Shown: piece after piece, positions 49,915 to 58,977 of the stretch | How the letters are laid out: every line of letters begins with the position of its first letter | Numbering within the stretch: position 1 is the first letter of the stretch | NCBI GenBank assembly: GCA_963664405.1 | Contig: OY761158.1 | Location: forward strand, 256,001 to 320,000 | Direction of reading: 5' to 3' | DNA: 64,000 nucleotides | From: Thermoanaerobaculia bacterium | GTDB taxonomy: Bacteria > Acidobacteriota > Thermoanaerobaculia > Multivoradales > Multivoraceae | Notes under the pieces: generated by a model | Databases searched by the model: none | What the model was told of the DNA's origin: nothing | The model's input: the letters and a program-made list of their open reading frames with translations, nothing else | Made by a program: the position numbers and the translations under genes

Positions 49915-50328
49915 CTAGGGCGCCGGAATCAGCTTAGCGGCAACTGCCACGACCGCCTCCGCCTCCACCGACGCCTTCTCCGCGTCGGTGGCGCTGTATC
50001 GCTCAGTCGGTATGAAGTCGACGTCGCCGTAGAACGAGAACTCTCGCTCCTTTCGCAGCCAGGCCGAGGTAAGCGCCAGAGAGTCGAGCGAGGAGCGCAC
50101 CGGCTCCGGGAAGCGATCGGAGAACTCGAGCAGCAGGGGCCCGACGTCGTGCCACTTGGGTGGGTCGATGCCCACCTGTCGCAGCATCCCCTTCAGAGCC
50201 AACTCCACGATCTCCTGCGCCTCGCGCATGACGTCGGAGAACGCGTCCTCTTCCGTCAGCACGGGCAGGATCTTGAGCCGCTTCGTCGCTTTGACGAGAT
50301 AGCTCTGCGCCAGCGTCGAGTTGGTCAT
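49915..50328 (-). CDS. HEPN domain protein (HEPN/MNT pair)
   Basis: AQEIVELALKGML..GIDPPKWHDV and REFSFYGD motifs; ATGA-coupled to the MNT. Confidence 0.85.
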   Translation of the reverse strand: MTNSTLAQSYLVKATKRLKILPVLTEEDAFSDVMREAQEIVELALKGMLRQVGIDPPKWHDVGPLLLEFSDRFPEPVRSSLDSLALTSAWLRKEREFSFYGDVDFIPTERYSATDAEKASVEAEAVVAVAAKLIPAP

Positions 50329-50828
50329 AGCTCGAAGATGTCTCCCGGTCGGTAGTCGGGTTTCAAGTCCCAGTACCAGCCGCCGGCTCGACGGACCCGC
50401 CGGGCTCCGAGCGTGGCAAGTCGCTCCGCGAGTCGGGCCAGCTCGTCAGCGAAGAAGCCGTCCCGATCGATCAGGAGGCGAGAGTCCTCAACCATGTCGA
50501 GGAAGAGCGGGCTACCGATGCGCACTTCGTCGGGGGTCTTGAAAATGGGTGAGAGGTAGGTCTCGAGGCCCGAGTCACGAGCCGCGCTCATCACGGGCCG
50601 CAGTCTGCGCTCCACCTCCGCGAACTCCTCGACTCGGGGCATCCTTCCCTCCGGAAGCCGGTTCGCGACCACGAGTAGGTCGACGTCGGAGTCGGGGCGC
50701 GCGCTGCCCCGCCCCACCGAGCCGAAAACAACGAGAGACACCAGCCGATCCCCGTACACCTCGAGGCAGGCCGCCTCCAACTCGCCCAGAAGGCCGTCTA
50801 TCAGAGCCCTATGTCCGTACCGAGCCAT
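50325..50828 (-). CDS. Minimal nucleotidyltransferase (MNT)
   Basis: VFGSVGRG...DSDVDLLVV motif. Confidence 0.9.
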   Translation of the reverse strand: MARYGHRALIDGLLGELEAACLEVYGDRLVSLVVFGSVGRGSARPDSDVDLLVVANRLPEGRMPRVEEFAEVERRLRPVMSAARDSGLETYLSPIFKTPDEVRIGSPLFLDMVEDSRLLIDRDGFFADELARLAERLATLGARRVRRAGGWYWDLKPDYRPGDIFEL

Positions 50829-50884
50829 CGGCTCATTATGCCAGACGGATCCCCCTCAGGGGACAATGCGTACGGCAGGGCAGC

Positions 50885-52534
50885 CTAACGACCACGCGCC
50901 CTCAGGACTTTCTCCAGCTCCAGGCAAGCTGCACGCTCGCCCAGGTCACACCCTCTGGAATAGAGCTCGATGGCCCTGGCCTCGTCCCGGGGAACGCCGC
51001 TCCCGTGAGCGTGGGCATACGCCAGTAAGTAGCAGCTGACGCCGTCGCCGCCGTCACAGCCCTCGGGAAGCTGTGCGATCGCATTGGCGACCCCAGCAGA
51101 CGTGATCGAGACATTGCGGTCGAGAAGGGCCTGAATGGCCACGTTGACGCAGCCTCTGTAGAAGCCGCTGGTGCAGGCCTGATCGAAGTAGGAAATGCCC
51201 TGCAGCGGATCCAGTGGGGTGATCTCTCCCTGGTTGAAGAGCACTCCCATCAGATTGCATTCTTCACCGGACCCTGCGGCGCACTGGGACTCGAGAATGA
51301 CCAGCAGGTTGTCGCAAGCATTACGCCGTCCTTCTTCGCAGGCGGCCTGCCAGAACGTAAACCTGGCGCCTTCGTGCGTACTGCCGACGAAATTCGACGC
51401 CAACATCCAACCGAAGAGGCCGATCCACACCGCCATGAAAACGAGATTGACCCGCTGCGACCTCGTCGCTCCGCCGAGGAGGGGCACTTTCAGGCTGTCC
51501 ACGCGTCGCGATCTCCCCACTCTGTCGAGCATGCGGACGCTTAGGTTCAGAAGAGGTACGGCCAGGAGCTTGTCGTAGAACAGTGGCGCGTCGACGTAGG
51601 CCAGGAGCTCCCAGAAGGCCATCACACTTGCTCCGTAGAGGCCGCCGAAAATGGCGCTGCCAACTCTGCTCCGGGGCGAGGTCGAAGGGTCTGTCACCAA
51701 CAGGTGAAGACCGAGGAAAACCGCGATGGGGATGCTTGCATCGACGAAGAAATAGACTCCCGTGAGGCTGGAATAGAGGAGGTTCAACCCCACCAATGTC
51801 GCCACCGCCGACACCGTCACGATCGTCACCGAGAAGAAGTACTGCACCACCAGCCCCGCCAGGAAGATCGCCACATACATGTGGGGGGCGTCGAGGAGTG
51901 TGGTCGCGATCTCCAGTCCCCAGGTGAGCTCTGTTCTGTCGGTCAGGATCAAAGCGATCGAGAAGACCGACAGAGCGAAGCCCGAGGGATTGAAGATGTG
52001 CCTCGCTTGGCCGTCTCTCTGCCATTTGAAGAGCTCCTTACCGAGGCTGCCTACTGCGATCATCGCAAACTGCAGGTAGAACCAGTCGTCTCTGAAGCAC
52101 AAGAAGAAGTTGGTGCTGAGGATGATCGGAAACTGGCCGAAGCCGAGGAACCAGGTCTTCCGCCTCGACCAGACGAGGAGCATGTCGAAGGCGTAGGCAA
52201 AGACGATCTGCGCCAGGATGAGCCAAGCCTGGTGCCGCATCTGCTCCCAGTGCCAGGCCCAGTAGATATAGACGCAGATCTGGACGGAGGCCTGGACGTA
52301 ATGCGACGGGAAGAGAGCGACTTTGAATTCCAGCCTGCGGCCTTGACGGATGGAGTTGGTCAGCAACCAGGCTTGAAAGAGAAGCAGGGCGGCGCAGGCC
52401 CCCCACAACGAACGGCTCAGCTCCGCGCTGGTGCGGAAAGCGGGAACCAAAGAGAGGACGAAGAGGAGGAGCGTCAGCGAAGCAGGCAGCCAAAAAGCCG
52501 GTTGTTGGCTCAGCGCCTTCTTGACGTCGGTCAT
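50885..52534 (-). CDS. RnfD/NqrB-like polytopic membrane protein with C-terminal Cys-rich Sel1-like repeats
   Basis: HIFNPS and VTDPSTSP motifs; many TM segments; ACEEG..AC / C..G...GC repeats. Confidence 0.75.
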   Translation of the reverse strand: MTDVKKALSQQPAFWLPASLTLLLFVLSLVPAFRTSAELSRSLWGACAALLLFQAWLLTNSIRQGRRLEFKVALFPSHYVQASVQICVYIYWAWHWEQMRHQAWLILAQIVFAYAFDMLLVWSRRKTWFLGFGQFPIILSTNFFLCFRDDWFYLQFAMIAVGSLGKELFKWQRDGQARHIFNPSGFALSVFSIALILTDRTELTWGLEIATTLLDAPHMYVAIFLAGLVVQYFFSVTIVTVSAVATLVGLNLLYSSLTGVYFFVDASIPIAVFLGLHLLVTDPSTSPRSRVGSAIFGGLYGASVMAFWELLAYVDAPLFYDKLLAVPLLNLSVRMLDRVGRSRRVDSLKVPLLGGATRSQRVNLVFMAVWIGLFGWMLASNFVGSTHEGARFTFWQAACEEGRRNACDNLLVILESQCAAGSGEECNLMGVLFNQGEITPLDPLQGISYFDQACTSGFYRGCVNVAIQALLDRNVSITSAGVANAIAQLPEGCDGGDGVSCYLLAYAHAHGSGVPRDEARAIELYSRGCDLGERAACLELEKVLRARGR

Positions 52535-52588
52535 GCCGGAGTCCTCGGGCTCAGCTTATCCCAGGCAACACCGTTGCCCCGCGACGAC

Positions 52589-52767
52589 CTAGAGCAGCGT
52601 TTCCAAAGTTCGCGACACTTATCTCGGCCCCTTCTGCCCGCTGGCGGCGTTGGCTGGGCGCCCCCGCGCTCCTCGACAGATTCCCAATATGCCTGCGTCG
52701 GCGCGCCTGGCCAGCGAACAGAATGACCTCGAGCTATGCGACTCGAACTTCGGAAACGCTGGTCTAG
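52589..52767. mobile_element. CTAG-bounded MITE with type B core but different terminal IRs
   Basis: IR CTAGAGCAGCGTTTCCAAAGTTCG / CGAACTTCGGAAACGCTGGTCTAG; interior is a reverse-complement homolog of ~8408-8510. Confidence 0.75.
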
Positions 52768-52844
52768 GACCTGACGGATGGACGCGATGGAGTCCGCTAT
52801 GACCCTGGCATAGAGCCAACAATATGATAGTGTCTCGACCCAAC

Positions 52845-53087
52845 ATGGCCGCCAAGGCAGTGCAGATCTCGATAGACGAACAGCTGCTCCAGCGAATCGA
52901 CTTGGATCCGGAAGTCGTCGCCGCCGGGAGGTCGGCGTTCATCCGCAATGCTGTGGAGCACTACTTGCGCGAGCGCGCAAGGCGGATGCGCGACGAGCAG
53001 ATCACTAGCGCCTACCGTGCCCAGGGCGACGCGATGCAGAGCGAGATCGCCGAGCTCCTCGAGGATCAGCTGTGGCCGAACGAGTGA
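52845..53087 (+). CDS. Ribbon-helix-helix (CopG) antitoxin
   Basis: VQISIDEQLL.RID...RSAFIR RHH; overlaps the toxin gene. Confidence 0.82.
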   Translation: MAAKAVQISIDEQLLQRIDLDPEVVAAGRSAFIRNAVEHYLRERARRMRDEQITSAYRAQGDAMQSEIAELLEDQLWPNE

Positions 53088-53398
53088 GCCGCGGGCAAAT
53101 CTGGCTCCTCGACCTGCCAAAGCCCGACAAGCGCCGTCCAGTGCTGGTGCTGAGCCGACAGTCATTGATTGACGTATTGGGCACGGTCACGGTGGTCGCG
53201 ATCACCAGCACCCTTCGCGGCTCACCGACCGAGGTTGAGCTCGGTGTGGGCGAGGGCCTCAAACACACCTCCTGCGCCAATCTTTGCAATCTGTTGACGG
53301 TTCCGCAGCGCCAGCTGCGCACATTCGTGGGCGGTGTGAGCTCCGACAAACTCAAGCACGTCTGCGCTGCTCTGGTCGTCGCCTGCGGCTGCGACTGA
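53072..53398 (+). CDS. mazF: MazF/PemK family toxin
   Basis: RGQIW, DKRRPVLVLS, AITST and EGLKHTS motifs; start may be GTG 53084. Confidence 0.9.
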   Translation: MAERVSRGQIWLLDLPKPDKRRPVLVLSRQSLIDVLGTVTVVAITSTLRGSPTEVELGVGEGLKHTSCANLCNLLTVPQRQLRTFVGGVSSDKLKHVCAALVVACGCD

Positions 53399-53422
53399 GC
53401 TCGACGCGCCGGCGTGGGAGTT

Positions 53423-53456
53423 TTGACGGCGACGAATATATATGTAATTCTACATA
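53423..53456 (+). promoter_or_regulatory. vapBC promoter/operator
   Basis: TTGACG at 53423; AT-rich palindrome TATGTA-ATTC-TACATA (53441-53456) right before the ATG. Confidence 0.55.
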
Positions 53457-53458
53457 CA

Positions 53459-53710
53459 ATGAGCACGAAGACAGTCGCTCTCGATTCGAGGGTCTACGAA
53501 CGGCTGGCCTCGGCCAAAAAGGAGGGCGAGTCGTTCTCGAAAGCGATCGACCGACTTCTCACCAAGGTCGAGTCGGCGCACACCGGGAGCGACATCTTGC
53601 TTGGGCTCGACGGGTTTTCGGCGCTCTCGCCGGAGGATTCGCCGAAGTTCCTCGAGGTCGTTCGGGAGAACCGGGCTGGAGAGGCATGGCAGCGCCGTGA
53701 TCTGCGTTGA
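53459..53710 (+). CDS. vapB: VapB antitoxin (DUF217-like)
   Basis: TKTVAL...YERL...K.EGESFSKAI.RLL. Confidence 0.82.
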   Translation: MSTKTVALDSRVYERLASAKKEGESFSKAIDRLLTKVESAHTGSDILLGLDGFSALSPEDSPKFLEVVRENRAGEAWQRRDLR

Positions 53711-54098
53711 CACCACCTTTCTCGTAGATCTGTGGCGGGAGAAGGGGCTGCAGAGCTCGGCGCCGGGGACATTACTTGCCGCCCATCGCGCTGAGGACTT
53801 CGCGGTTCCTGCCCATGCGGCAGGAGAGTTCCTCGAGGGTGGAGCCTCGGTCTCCCGGGAGAGAATGGCGGAATCTCTCCGTTTCCTGAGGCTCTTCCGA
53901 ATCGGCGGAGTCGGGATCGAGACCGCTCTCCACTACGCGCAAATCGTCGCGTACCTCCGTCGTGACAACAGCCTCAGCGGCAGGTCGGAGCCAGATCTTT
54001 GGATCGCCGCCTGGGCAATCGAGCACGCTGCGCCGCTCGCCACCCGGAACACGAGGCATTTTCAGCAAGTGCCGGATTTGGACCTTCTCGACTACTAG
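53697..54098 (+). CDS. vapC: PIN-domain VapC toxin
   Basis: ICVDTTFLVD, GEF, DLWIAA.A and TRNTRHF motifs. Confidence 0.9.
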   Translation: MICVDTTFLVDLWREKGLQSSAPGTLLAAHRAEDFAVPAHAAGEFLEGGASVSRERMAESLRFLRLFRIGGVGIETALHYAQIVAYLRRDNSLSGRSEPDLWIAAWAIEHAAPLATRNTRHFQQVPDLDLLDY

Positions 54099-54118
54099 GT
54101 GCCTTTAATCGCTCAACC

Positions 54119-54365
54119 CGTGACGTATGGCTCAAGTTTTCCTCGAAGCGAACTCGTGCCGCCGGCCGTTCAGGGTGCCCCAGATCGCCGCAGCGCAGGA
54201 GCGAGGCGACAGAGGCGTACTTAGGCCCAGGAGCCTGCGTAGCAGGAGAGTGGTTCTCAGGCGGGGATGGGCCGGAGAAAGGGCCGAAGGGCCGTTCTCC
54301 GGGGCTACCTCGGAGGAGCCGAGCGACGAGCACGCGGTGAGGTGGGGCGCCCTGGACGGCCGGCG
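54119..54365. repeat. Palindromic element type A, copy 2 (expanded central loop)
   Basis: Reverse-complement homolog of 8189-8355 with ~80 extra internal bp. Confidence 0.7.
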
Positions 54366-54968
54366 ATGAGACCACGTCTGACTTGGGCCGTGACCGTGGC
54401 GCTGGCGGCGCTCGCCGTCGTCGCCGTGCTCGCTCTGCGCTCGGCACGGGAGAGCCGCGCGCAGGCGGCTCTCGCCGACATTCTGGTCGCCTTCGAGCCG
54501 CCCTTCGACCCCGCCTCGCCGGAGCCTTCGGATCTCGAGGCGCCGTCGTTCGCCACCGGGAGCGAACGCAGCGCGCCGGCCCGGCAGCGCTTCGCGCGAC
54601 TGATCGAGGAGCATGAGGGCAGCGCGGCAGCCGAGGTCGCGCGGGTCTACCTCGCCGACCTGGAGGCGAGGGCCGGCAGATTCGTCCAGGCCCGCGAGAT
54701 CTGGCAAGGTCTGGCCGAGGGTGGCGACGACGAGCTGGCGGCGATCGCGGAGCTCAACCTCATTCGCCTCGACCGCAAGGAAGGTCGGCTGGAAGAGCTG
54801 GTGTCGACGCTCGAAAGTCGCCTCGAGAGCCAGGAGAGCAGCCTGCCGACGGATGTGCTCCTCTTCGAGCTCGCCAGCACTCTCGAGCAGCTCGGACGGC
54901 ACGAGGAGGTCGGGAGGATCAAACGCTTCGAGGAGGTGGTCCCGGAAGGGGGTCGAGTACGAAGGTGA
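54366..54968 (+). CDS. Membrane-anchored TPR protein (YfgM-like)
   Basis: N-terminal TM helix followed by TPR-like helices. Confidence 0.6.
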   Translation: MRPRLTWAVTVALAALAVVAVLALRSARESRAQAALADILVAFEPPFDPASPEPSDLEAPSFATGSERSAPARQRFARLIEEHEGSAAAEVARVYLADLEARAGRFVQAREIWQGLAEGGDDELAAIAELNLIRLDRKEGRLEELVSTLESRLESQESSLPTDVLLFELASTLEQLGRHEEVGRIKRFEEVVPEGGRVRR

Positions 54969-55031
54969 CGGGAGCACCTCGACGGACCCTGTGGCACATT
55001 GAGATGAGAAGGCGAAGAAAGGATCTTGCCC

Positions 55032-55361
55032 ATGACCTATCTGTACTTGTTTCTGGCCATCGCGGCTGAAGTCGTTGCCACCAGTGCCCTGAAGACGTCG
55101 GAGGGGTTCACAAAGCTGGGGCCCAGCCTGGTGGTGGTTGTCGGTTACGGATGTGCTTTCTATCTCTTGAGCGTGGTCCTGGAGAAGTTGACGGTGGGGA
55201 TCACCTATGCCATCTGGTCAGGAGTCGGCATCGTTCTCGTGACCTTGGTGGGAGCCGTTGCCTTTCGCGAGATCCCGGATACCCCCGCCGTTATCGGCAT
55301 GGGGTTGATAATCGCGGGAGTCGTGGTCATCAATGCTTTTTCCACAGCAGTGCGCGTTTGA
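55032..55361 (+). CDS. emrE: SMR family small multidrug efflux pump (EmrE/Qac type)
   Basis: 109 aa, four TM segments; AIAAEV (conserved Glu), KTSEGFT, YAIWSGVG. Confidence 0.88.
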   Translation: MTYLYLFLAIAAEVVATSALKTSEGFTKLGPSLVVVVGYGCAFYLLSVVLEKLTVGITYAIWSGVGIVLVTLVGAVAFREIPDTPAVIGMGLIIAGVVVINAFSTAVRV

Positions 55362-55406
55362 TGAGCGCCGAGAACGTCCATTCAGACCCAAGGAGTTAGA
55401 ACACCG

Positions 55407-55841
55407 ATGAGCAACACCATGTCCCGAGACGAGAGAGAGGCCTACCTCGCAGACGCGCACGTAGCCGTGCTTAGCATCCCTGCCAAGGGGCGCGGTCCTC
55501 TCTCCGCCCCCGTCTGGTACGGCTATGAGCCGGGCGGTGAGGTCTGGTTCTGTACCGGACGCGATTCGCGCAAGGGCAAGCTGCTGCGGGAGGGCGTTCA
55601 GGTGAGCCTGTGCGTCCAGACCGAGACGCCTCCCTACCAGTACGTCAGTGTGGAGGGTCCGGTCACTTCGATCGTGCCGTCGGACACCGAAGCGCACATA
55701 CGCCCTCTCGCCCGTCGCTATCTCGGTAACGAGGCCGGCGACCGCTATGTCGAAAGCACCGCCGCCACGCAGGGCAGCGGCATCCTTGTGGCCATGCGCC
55801 CGAGTCGCTGGCTCAGCGTCGACTACGGCAAAGGCCCTTAA
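55407..55841 (+). CDS. Pyridoxamine 5'-phosphate oxidase-like (PPOX, FMN/F420 split-barrel) protein
   Basis: AAGGAG RBS; GPLSAPVWY, SRK, SLCVQ.E.PPY.YVSVEG and W.SVDY motifs. Confidence 0.88.
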   Translation: MSNTMSRDEREAYLADAHVAVLSIPAKGRGPLSAPVWYGYEPGGEVWFCTGRDSRKGKLLREGVQVSLCVQTETPPYQYVSVEGPVTSIVPSDTEAHIRPLARRYLGNEAGDRYVESTAATQGSGILVAMRPSRWLSVDYGKGP

Positions 55842-55860
55842 CCAGGCTCGCGCACCCAGG

Positions 55861-55965
55861 TCACTTCTTCAACGCCTCGAGAAAGCTCACGATCTCTTTT
55901 CCCTGAGCGGTGTTCGGCCATACCAGCTCTCGATTACCATCGGCGTATTCGGAACGAGCAATCGC
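55861..55965 (-). pseudogene. C-terminal relic of a cytochrome c paralogous to 58183-58977
   Basis: LLVPNTPMVIES / frameshift / VWPNTAQGKEIVSFLEALKK* vs ALVPNTTMVIDTMPWPEAAELEEIVGFLEALE*. Confidence 0.65.
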
Positions 55966-56056
55966 TGCCTACCGGCTAGCGGAAAGCCCGCCGCGTCGTT
56001 TTTGATGCATAACGATAAACGTTATAAAGTCAAGGAGGCGGGGCGGAACGGGTGCG

Positions 56057-56341
56057 GTGCCGATCAAGAGCTTCAAAGACAAAGAGACGGAGAAGGTCTT
56101 CGGCACCCGCTTCTCAAAGCGGTTCCCGCCTGATATCCAAAGACGAGCAGTCAAGAGATTAAAGGCGCTCGACGCCGCAGAGGAGTTGAGCGACCTGGCC
56201 GCACTCCCTGGAAACCGCTTAGAAGTGCTCAAGGGCGACCGAAAAGGACAACACAGCATCAGAATCAACGACCAGTGGCGAGTCTGTTTCCTCTGGAAGG
56301 ATGGGGAGCCGCGCAACGTCGAGATCACCGACTACCACTAA
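56057..56341 (+). CDS. higB: HigB (RelE-superfamily) toxin
   Basis: IKSFKDKETE...PGNRLEVLKGDRKGQHSIRINDQWRVCF...EITDYH. Confidence 0.93.
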   Translation: MPIKSFKDKETEKVFGTRFSKRFPPDIQRRAVKRLKALDAAEELSDLAALPGNRLEVLKGDRKGQHSIRINDQWRVCFLWKDGEPRNVEITDYH

Positions 56342-56353
56342 AGGGGTGAAGAG

Positions 56354-56668
56354 ATGACGGAATGGATCAAGCCAATCCACCCCGGGGAGATCCTACTCGA
56401 GGACTTCCTCGAGCCTACTGGAATGAGCCGCAGCGCACTCGCGAAGGCGATTGGAGTTCCCGCCCCGCGCGTCAACGACATCGTCCTCTGCCGCCGTGGC
56501 ATCACCGCCGACACGGCGATGCGCCTGGCGGCCTTCATCGGAACCACGCCCGAGTTCTGGATCAATCTGCAAGCGAGCTATGAGCTCGATGTCGCACGAC
56601 AGAAGACAGACTTGATCGAGATCGTCGAGAAGATCGAACCGTACCAACCGGAGACAGCTGCCGGATGA
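56354..56668 (+). CDS. higA: HigA antitoxin (HTH)
   Basis: PIHPGEILLEDFL, ITADTAMRL, TPEFWINLQ. Confidence 0.93.
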   Translation: MTEWIKPIHPGEILLEDFLEPTGMSRSALAKAIGVPAPRVNDIVLCRRGITADTAMRLAAFIGTTPEFWINLQASYELDVARQKTDLIEIVEKIEPYQPETAAG

Positions 56669-57186
56669 GGGTGGCGCCCCGAGGTCGATGCGTTCCGGCG
56701 CGACCCCCAACTGAAGGATCTCGTCGACCTCTCGCGCATCCATCAGGTTTGGTCAGGGGCGGGCATCGTCCTCGTGACCAAAGAGAGTCCTTCTTAGCAG
56801 GCGTGCACGTAGCCGTGCGGAGCATTCCCACGGAGGGGCGCGGCCCGCTCTCCGCCCCGGTCTGGTACGGCTACGAGTCGGGGGGTGAGGTCTGGTTCTG
56901 TACCGGAGGCGATTCGCGCAAAGGCAAGCTGCTACGAGAAGGAGTTCGGATCAGCCTGTGCGTCCAGACCGAGACTCCTCCCTACGAGTATGTGACCGTG
57001 GAGGGTCCGGTCACCTCGATCGCTCGATCGGACATCGAAGCGGATATACGCCCTCTCGCCCATCGCTACCTCGGTGAAGAGGGGGGCGACAATTACGTCG
57101 AGAGCACTGCCGACCTGGACGACAGTGGCATTCGTGTGGCGATGCGTCCCAGTCGGTGGCTCAGCGTCGATTACGGCAAAGGCTAG
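56665..57186 (+). CDS. PPOX-like protein copy 2, with degenerate N-terminus (possible pseudogene)
   Basis: Homology to 55407-55841 starts near 56765; the ATG-equivalent position is disrupted. Confidence 0.65.
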   Translation: MRVAPRGRCVPARPPTEGSRRPLAHPSGLVRGGHRPRDQRESFLAGVHVAVRSIPTEGRGPLSAPVWYGYESGGEVWFCTGGDSRKGKLLREGVRISLCVQTETPPYEYVTVEGPVTSIARSDIEADIRPLAHRYLGEEGGDNYVESTADLDDSGIRVAMRPSRWLSVDYGKG

Positions 57187-57342
57187 CGGCGATGGCATTA
57201 GCGATCGACCGCGAGGGAGCGCGGACCCACCTCGACGCTGTTCGCACGACGCTTGGTGGTCGCCAAGACGAGAGTGCCGAGCATCTGGTGCGGGGCCTGC
57301 GAGATAGCCGCGCCCAACAGCTCTCTTGGTGATTCGGGGAGT

Positions 57343-57561
57343 TTAGGCCGCGCCCGCGAAGACTTTGGCAGCCTCTTTGGGAACCTTGATGGGGACAAAC
57401 AGGCTCGTTGGAAAGAGGTAGTCCTCGCCGGATTCGTCCACGACTCGAAGCATGCCGAGGGACTCGGCTTCGGCGTCGGTTACCCCTCGATAGATGGTGC
57501 GAACCTGAAGCGACGCAGCGTAGCCCTCGTTGCTCACGCAAACAAAGTACTGTTCCTTCAT
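57343..57561 (-). CDS. Conserved small hypothetical protein (downstream member of a putative TA-like pair)
   Basis: 72 aa; FVCVSNEGYAASL..R.IY and LRVVDESGEDYLFP motifs. Confidence 0.75.
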   Translation of the reverse strand: MKEQYFVCVSNEGYAASLQVRTIYRGVTDAEAESLGMLRVVDESGEDYLFPTSLFVPIKVPKEAAKVFAGAA

Positions 57562-57571
57562 TCGTTCTTGC

Positions 57572-57814
57572 TCATTCGCTCAGCAAGCGCTTGATCTTGA
57601 CATCGATTCGCCCTCTGCCGTGTGCCTCGTACCAGTGTACCTCCGCCCGCCCAACGAAGCCATCGGGAAGGCGAACCGTAGCCACTCCTTTGAGCTTTCG
57701 CCAACGACCGGGACCGTACACTTTGGCAAGCAGTGGACGAAGTCGCACTGACGAGCCCGAGGCGATGGTCTCAATCGACTCGATCTCGCCGATTATCTTG
57801 ACCTGATCTTCCAC
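57572..57814 (-). CDS. Conserved small basic hypothetical protein (upstream member of a putative TA-like pair)
   Basis: 80 aa; YGPGRWRKLKG and AEVHWYEAHGRG motifs; 10 bp from its partner. Confidence 0.75.
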   Translation of the reverse strand: MEDQVKIIGEIESIETIASGSSVRLRPLLAKVYGPGRWRKLKGVATVRLPDGFVGRAEVHWYEAHGRGRIDVKIKRLLSE

Positions 57815-57854
57815 GCAGCGACGATCCTACGAAGGGGAGGCAGTGCGTCCTTGA

Positions 57855-57950
57855 CAGGACATGACCTTGCCGGCCTCCAGGTAATCGAACAGATTCTTGA
57901 CCGGGACGCGCGCCCGCGGAAAACCGGTGCGCCATGAACGCCAAGAGTCA
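57855..57950 (-). pseudogene. DUF433 antitoxin relic
   Basis: GAPVFRG / frameshift / VPVKNLFDYLEAG matches the DUF433 signature. Confidence 0.6.
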
Positions 57951-58182
57951 GACTGGGCAACCGGAGTGGAGCAGAGCCGACGACTCATACCCTTCTAGGG
58001 TGCGGAGGCTTGGGAATTGATGGTGCGGAGGTCAACCTCTTTCGGCTGGCACCATCATCGCTCGGCGCGATGGGTCGCCGCCGCGTCATCGGCGCCACTC
58101 GAACCGCCACACACGAGGCCGAGCGCGATCACTGCCGCGGCGATTGGAACGGACACTACGGGACGACCCGAGCGCACCTCGG

Positions 58183-58977
58183 TTATTCCAACGCCTCGAG
58201 GAAGCCCACGATCTCTTCGAGCTCGGCGGCCTCCGGCCACGGCATGGTGTCGATTACCATCGTCGTGTTGGGAACGAGGGCCGATGGATCCTCGACATAT
58301 GCCAGCAAGTTTTCGCGCGACCACGGCAGCCCATATCTCTTCATCGCGGCCGAGTACGAAAACCCGGGCGCAGAGCCCGCTACTCGCCCGAGCGCGCCGT
58401 GCAGGTTCGGGCCCTTCCCGTGGCCACCGGCCGCGCCGGCCGGGTGACACACTGCGCAGAAGTCATCGTAGGCATCCCGTCCCGCCGGTGCTGCAGCGGC
58501 AGACACCGCGGTCCCGGGGAGGTTGGCGATGATCCGCTCTCGCTCGAAGCTCGGCCGAGACATCGGCTCACGGCGCAGCCGCGCCACCTCGGCGCCATCG
58601 TAGGGCCGGAAGTCGGCCGGGATGTTATCGGCATCGAAGCGCCGGAGCATCCAGTTCAAAACTCTCGCGACCGCTTCGTCGTCGAGCAGTGCCTGGGCTA
58701 CTCCTGGCACGCGGACGAGATACTCCCGCCCTTCCTGAGTGGCGAGGAACTTCCCCATCTCGCCGCCAACCGAGGGGACTGTGCCCTCCAGCCCCGAGCC
58801 ATCGGCCTTATGACAGCCCTCGCAGTGCGACATGTAGTCGATCTTGGTGCGGCGATCCGCTGCGTCATCGGCGGCGGCCGGACCAGCCCAAGCCAGCCCG
58901 AGCGCGATCAGGCCCGCGGCGCAGCCCACTCCCCCGCCCGCGCGCCGAGGCGTTTTACTCGGCGATCGCGAGAACAC
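58183..58977 (-). CDS. Diheme cytochrome c (class I domain + cytochrome c2-like domain)
   Basis: Signal peptide; CEGCH and CAVCH; GPNLHG..GR.AGS.PGFSYS..M...VP.T.M c2 signature; start uncertain. Confidence 0.85.
   Translation of the reverse strand: MFSRSPSKTPRRAGGGVGCAAGLIALGLAWAGPAAADDAADRRTKIDYMSHCEGCHKADGSGLEGTVPSVGGEMGKFLATQEGREYLVRVPGVAQALLDDEAVARVLNWMLRRFDADNIPADFRPYDGAEVARLRREPMSRPSFERERIIANLPGTAVSAAAAPAGRDAYDDFCAVCHPAGAAGGHGKGPNLHGALGRVAGSAPGFSYSAAMKRYGLPWSRENLLAYVEDPSALVPNTTMVIDTMPWPEAAELEEIVGFLEALE

Noticed and set aside
52800-57950. Integron cassette array (short TA, SMR and PPOX genes)
   Set aside because: No integrase, no convincing attC sites, and mixed orientations
58183-58977. 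Calling the diheme cytochrome MauG
   Set aside because: Too short and built from two class I-type domains, without recognisable cytochrome c peroxidase/MauG motifs
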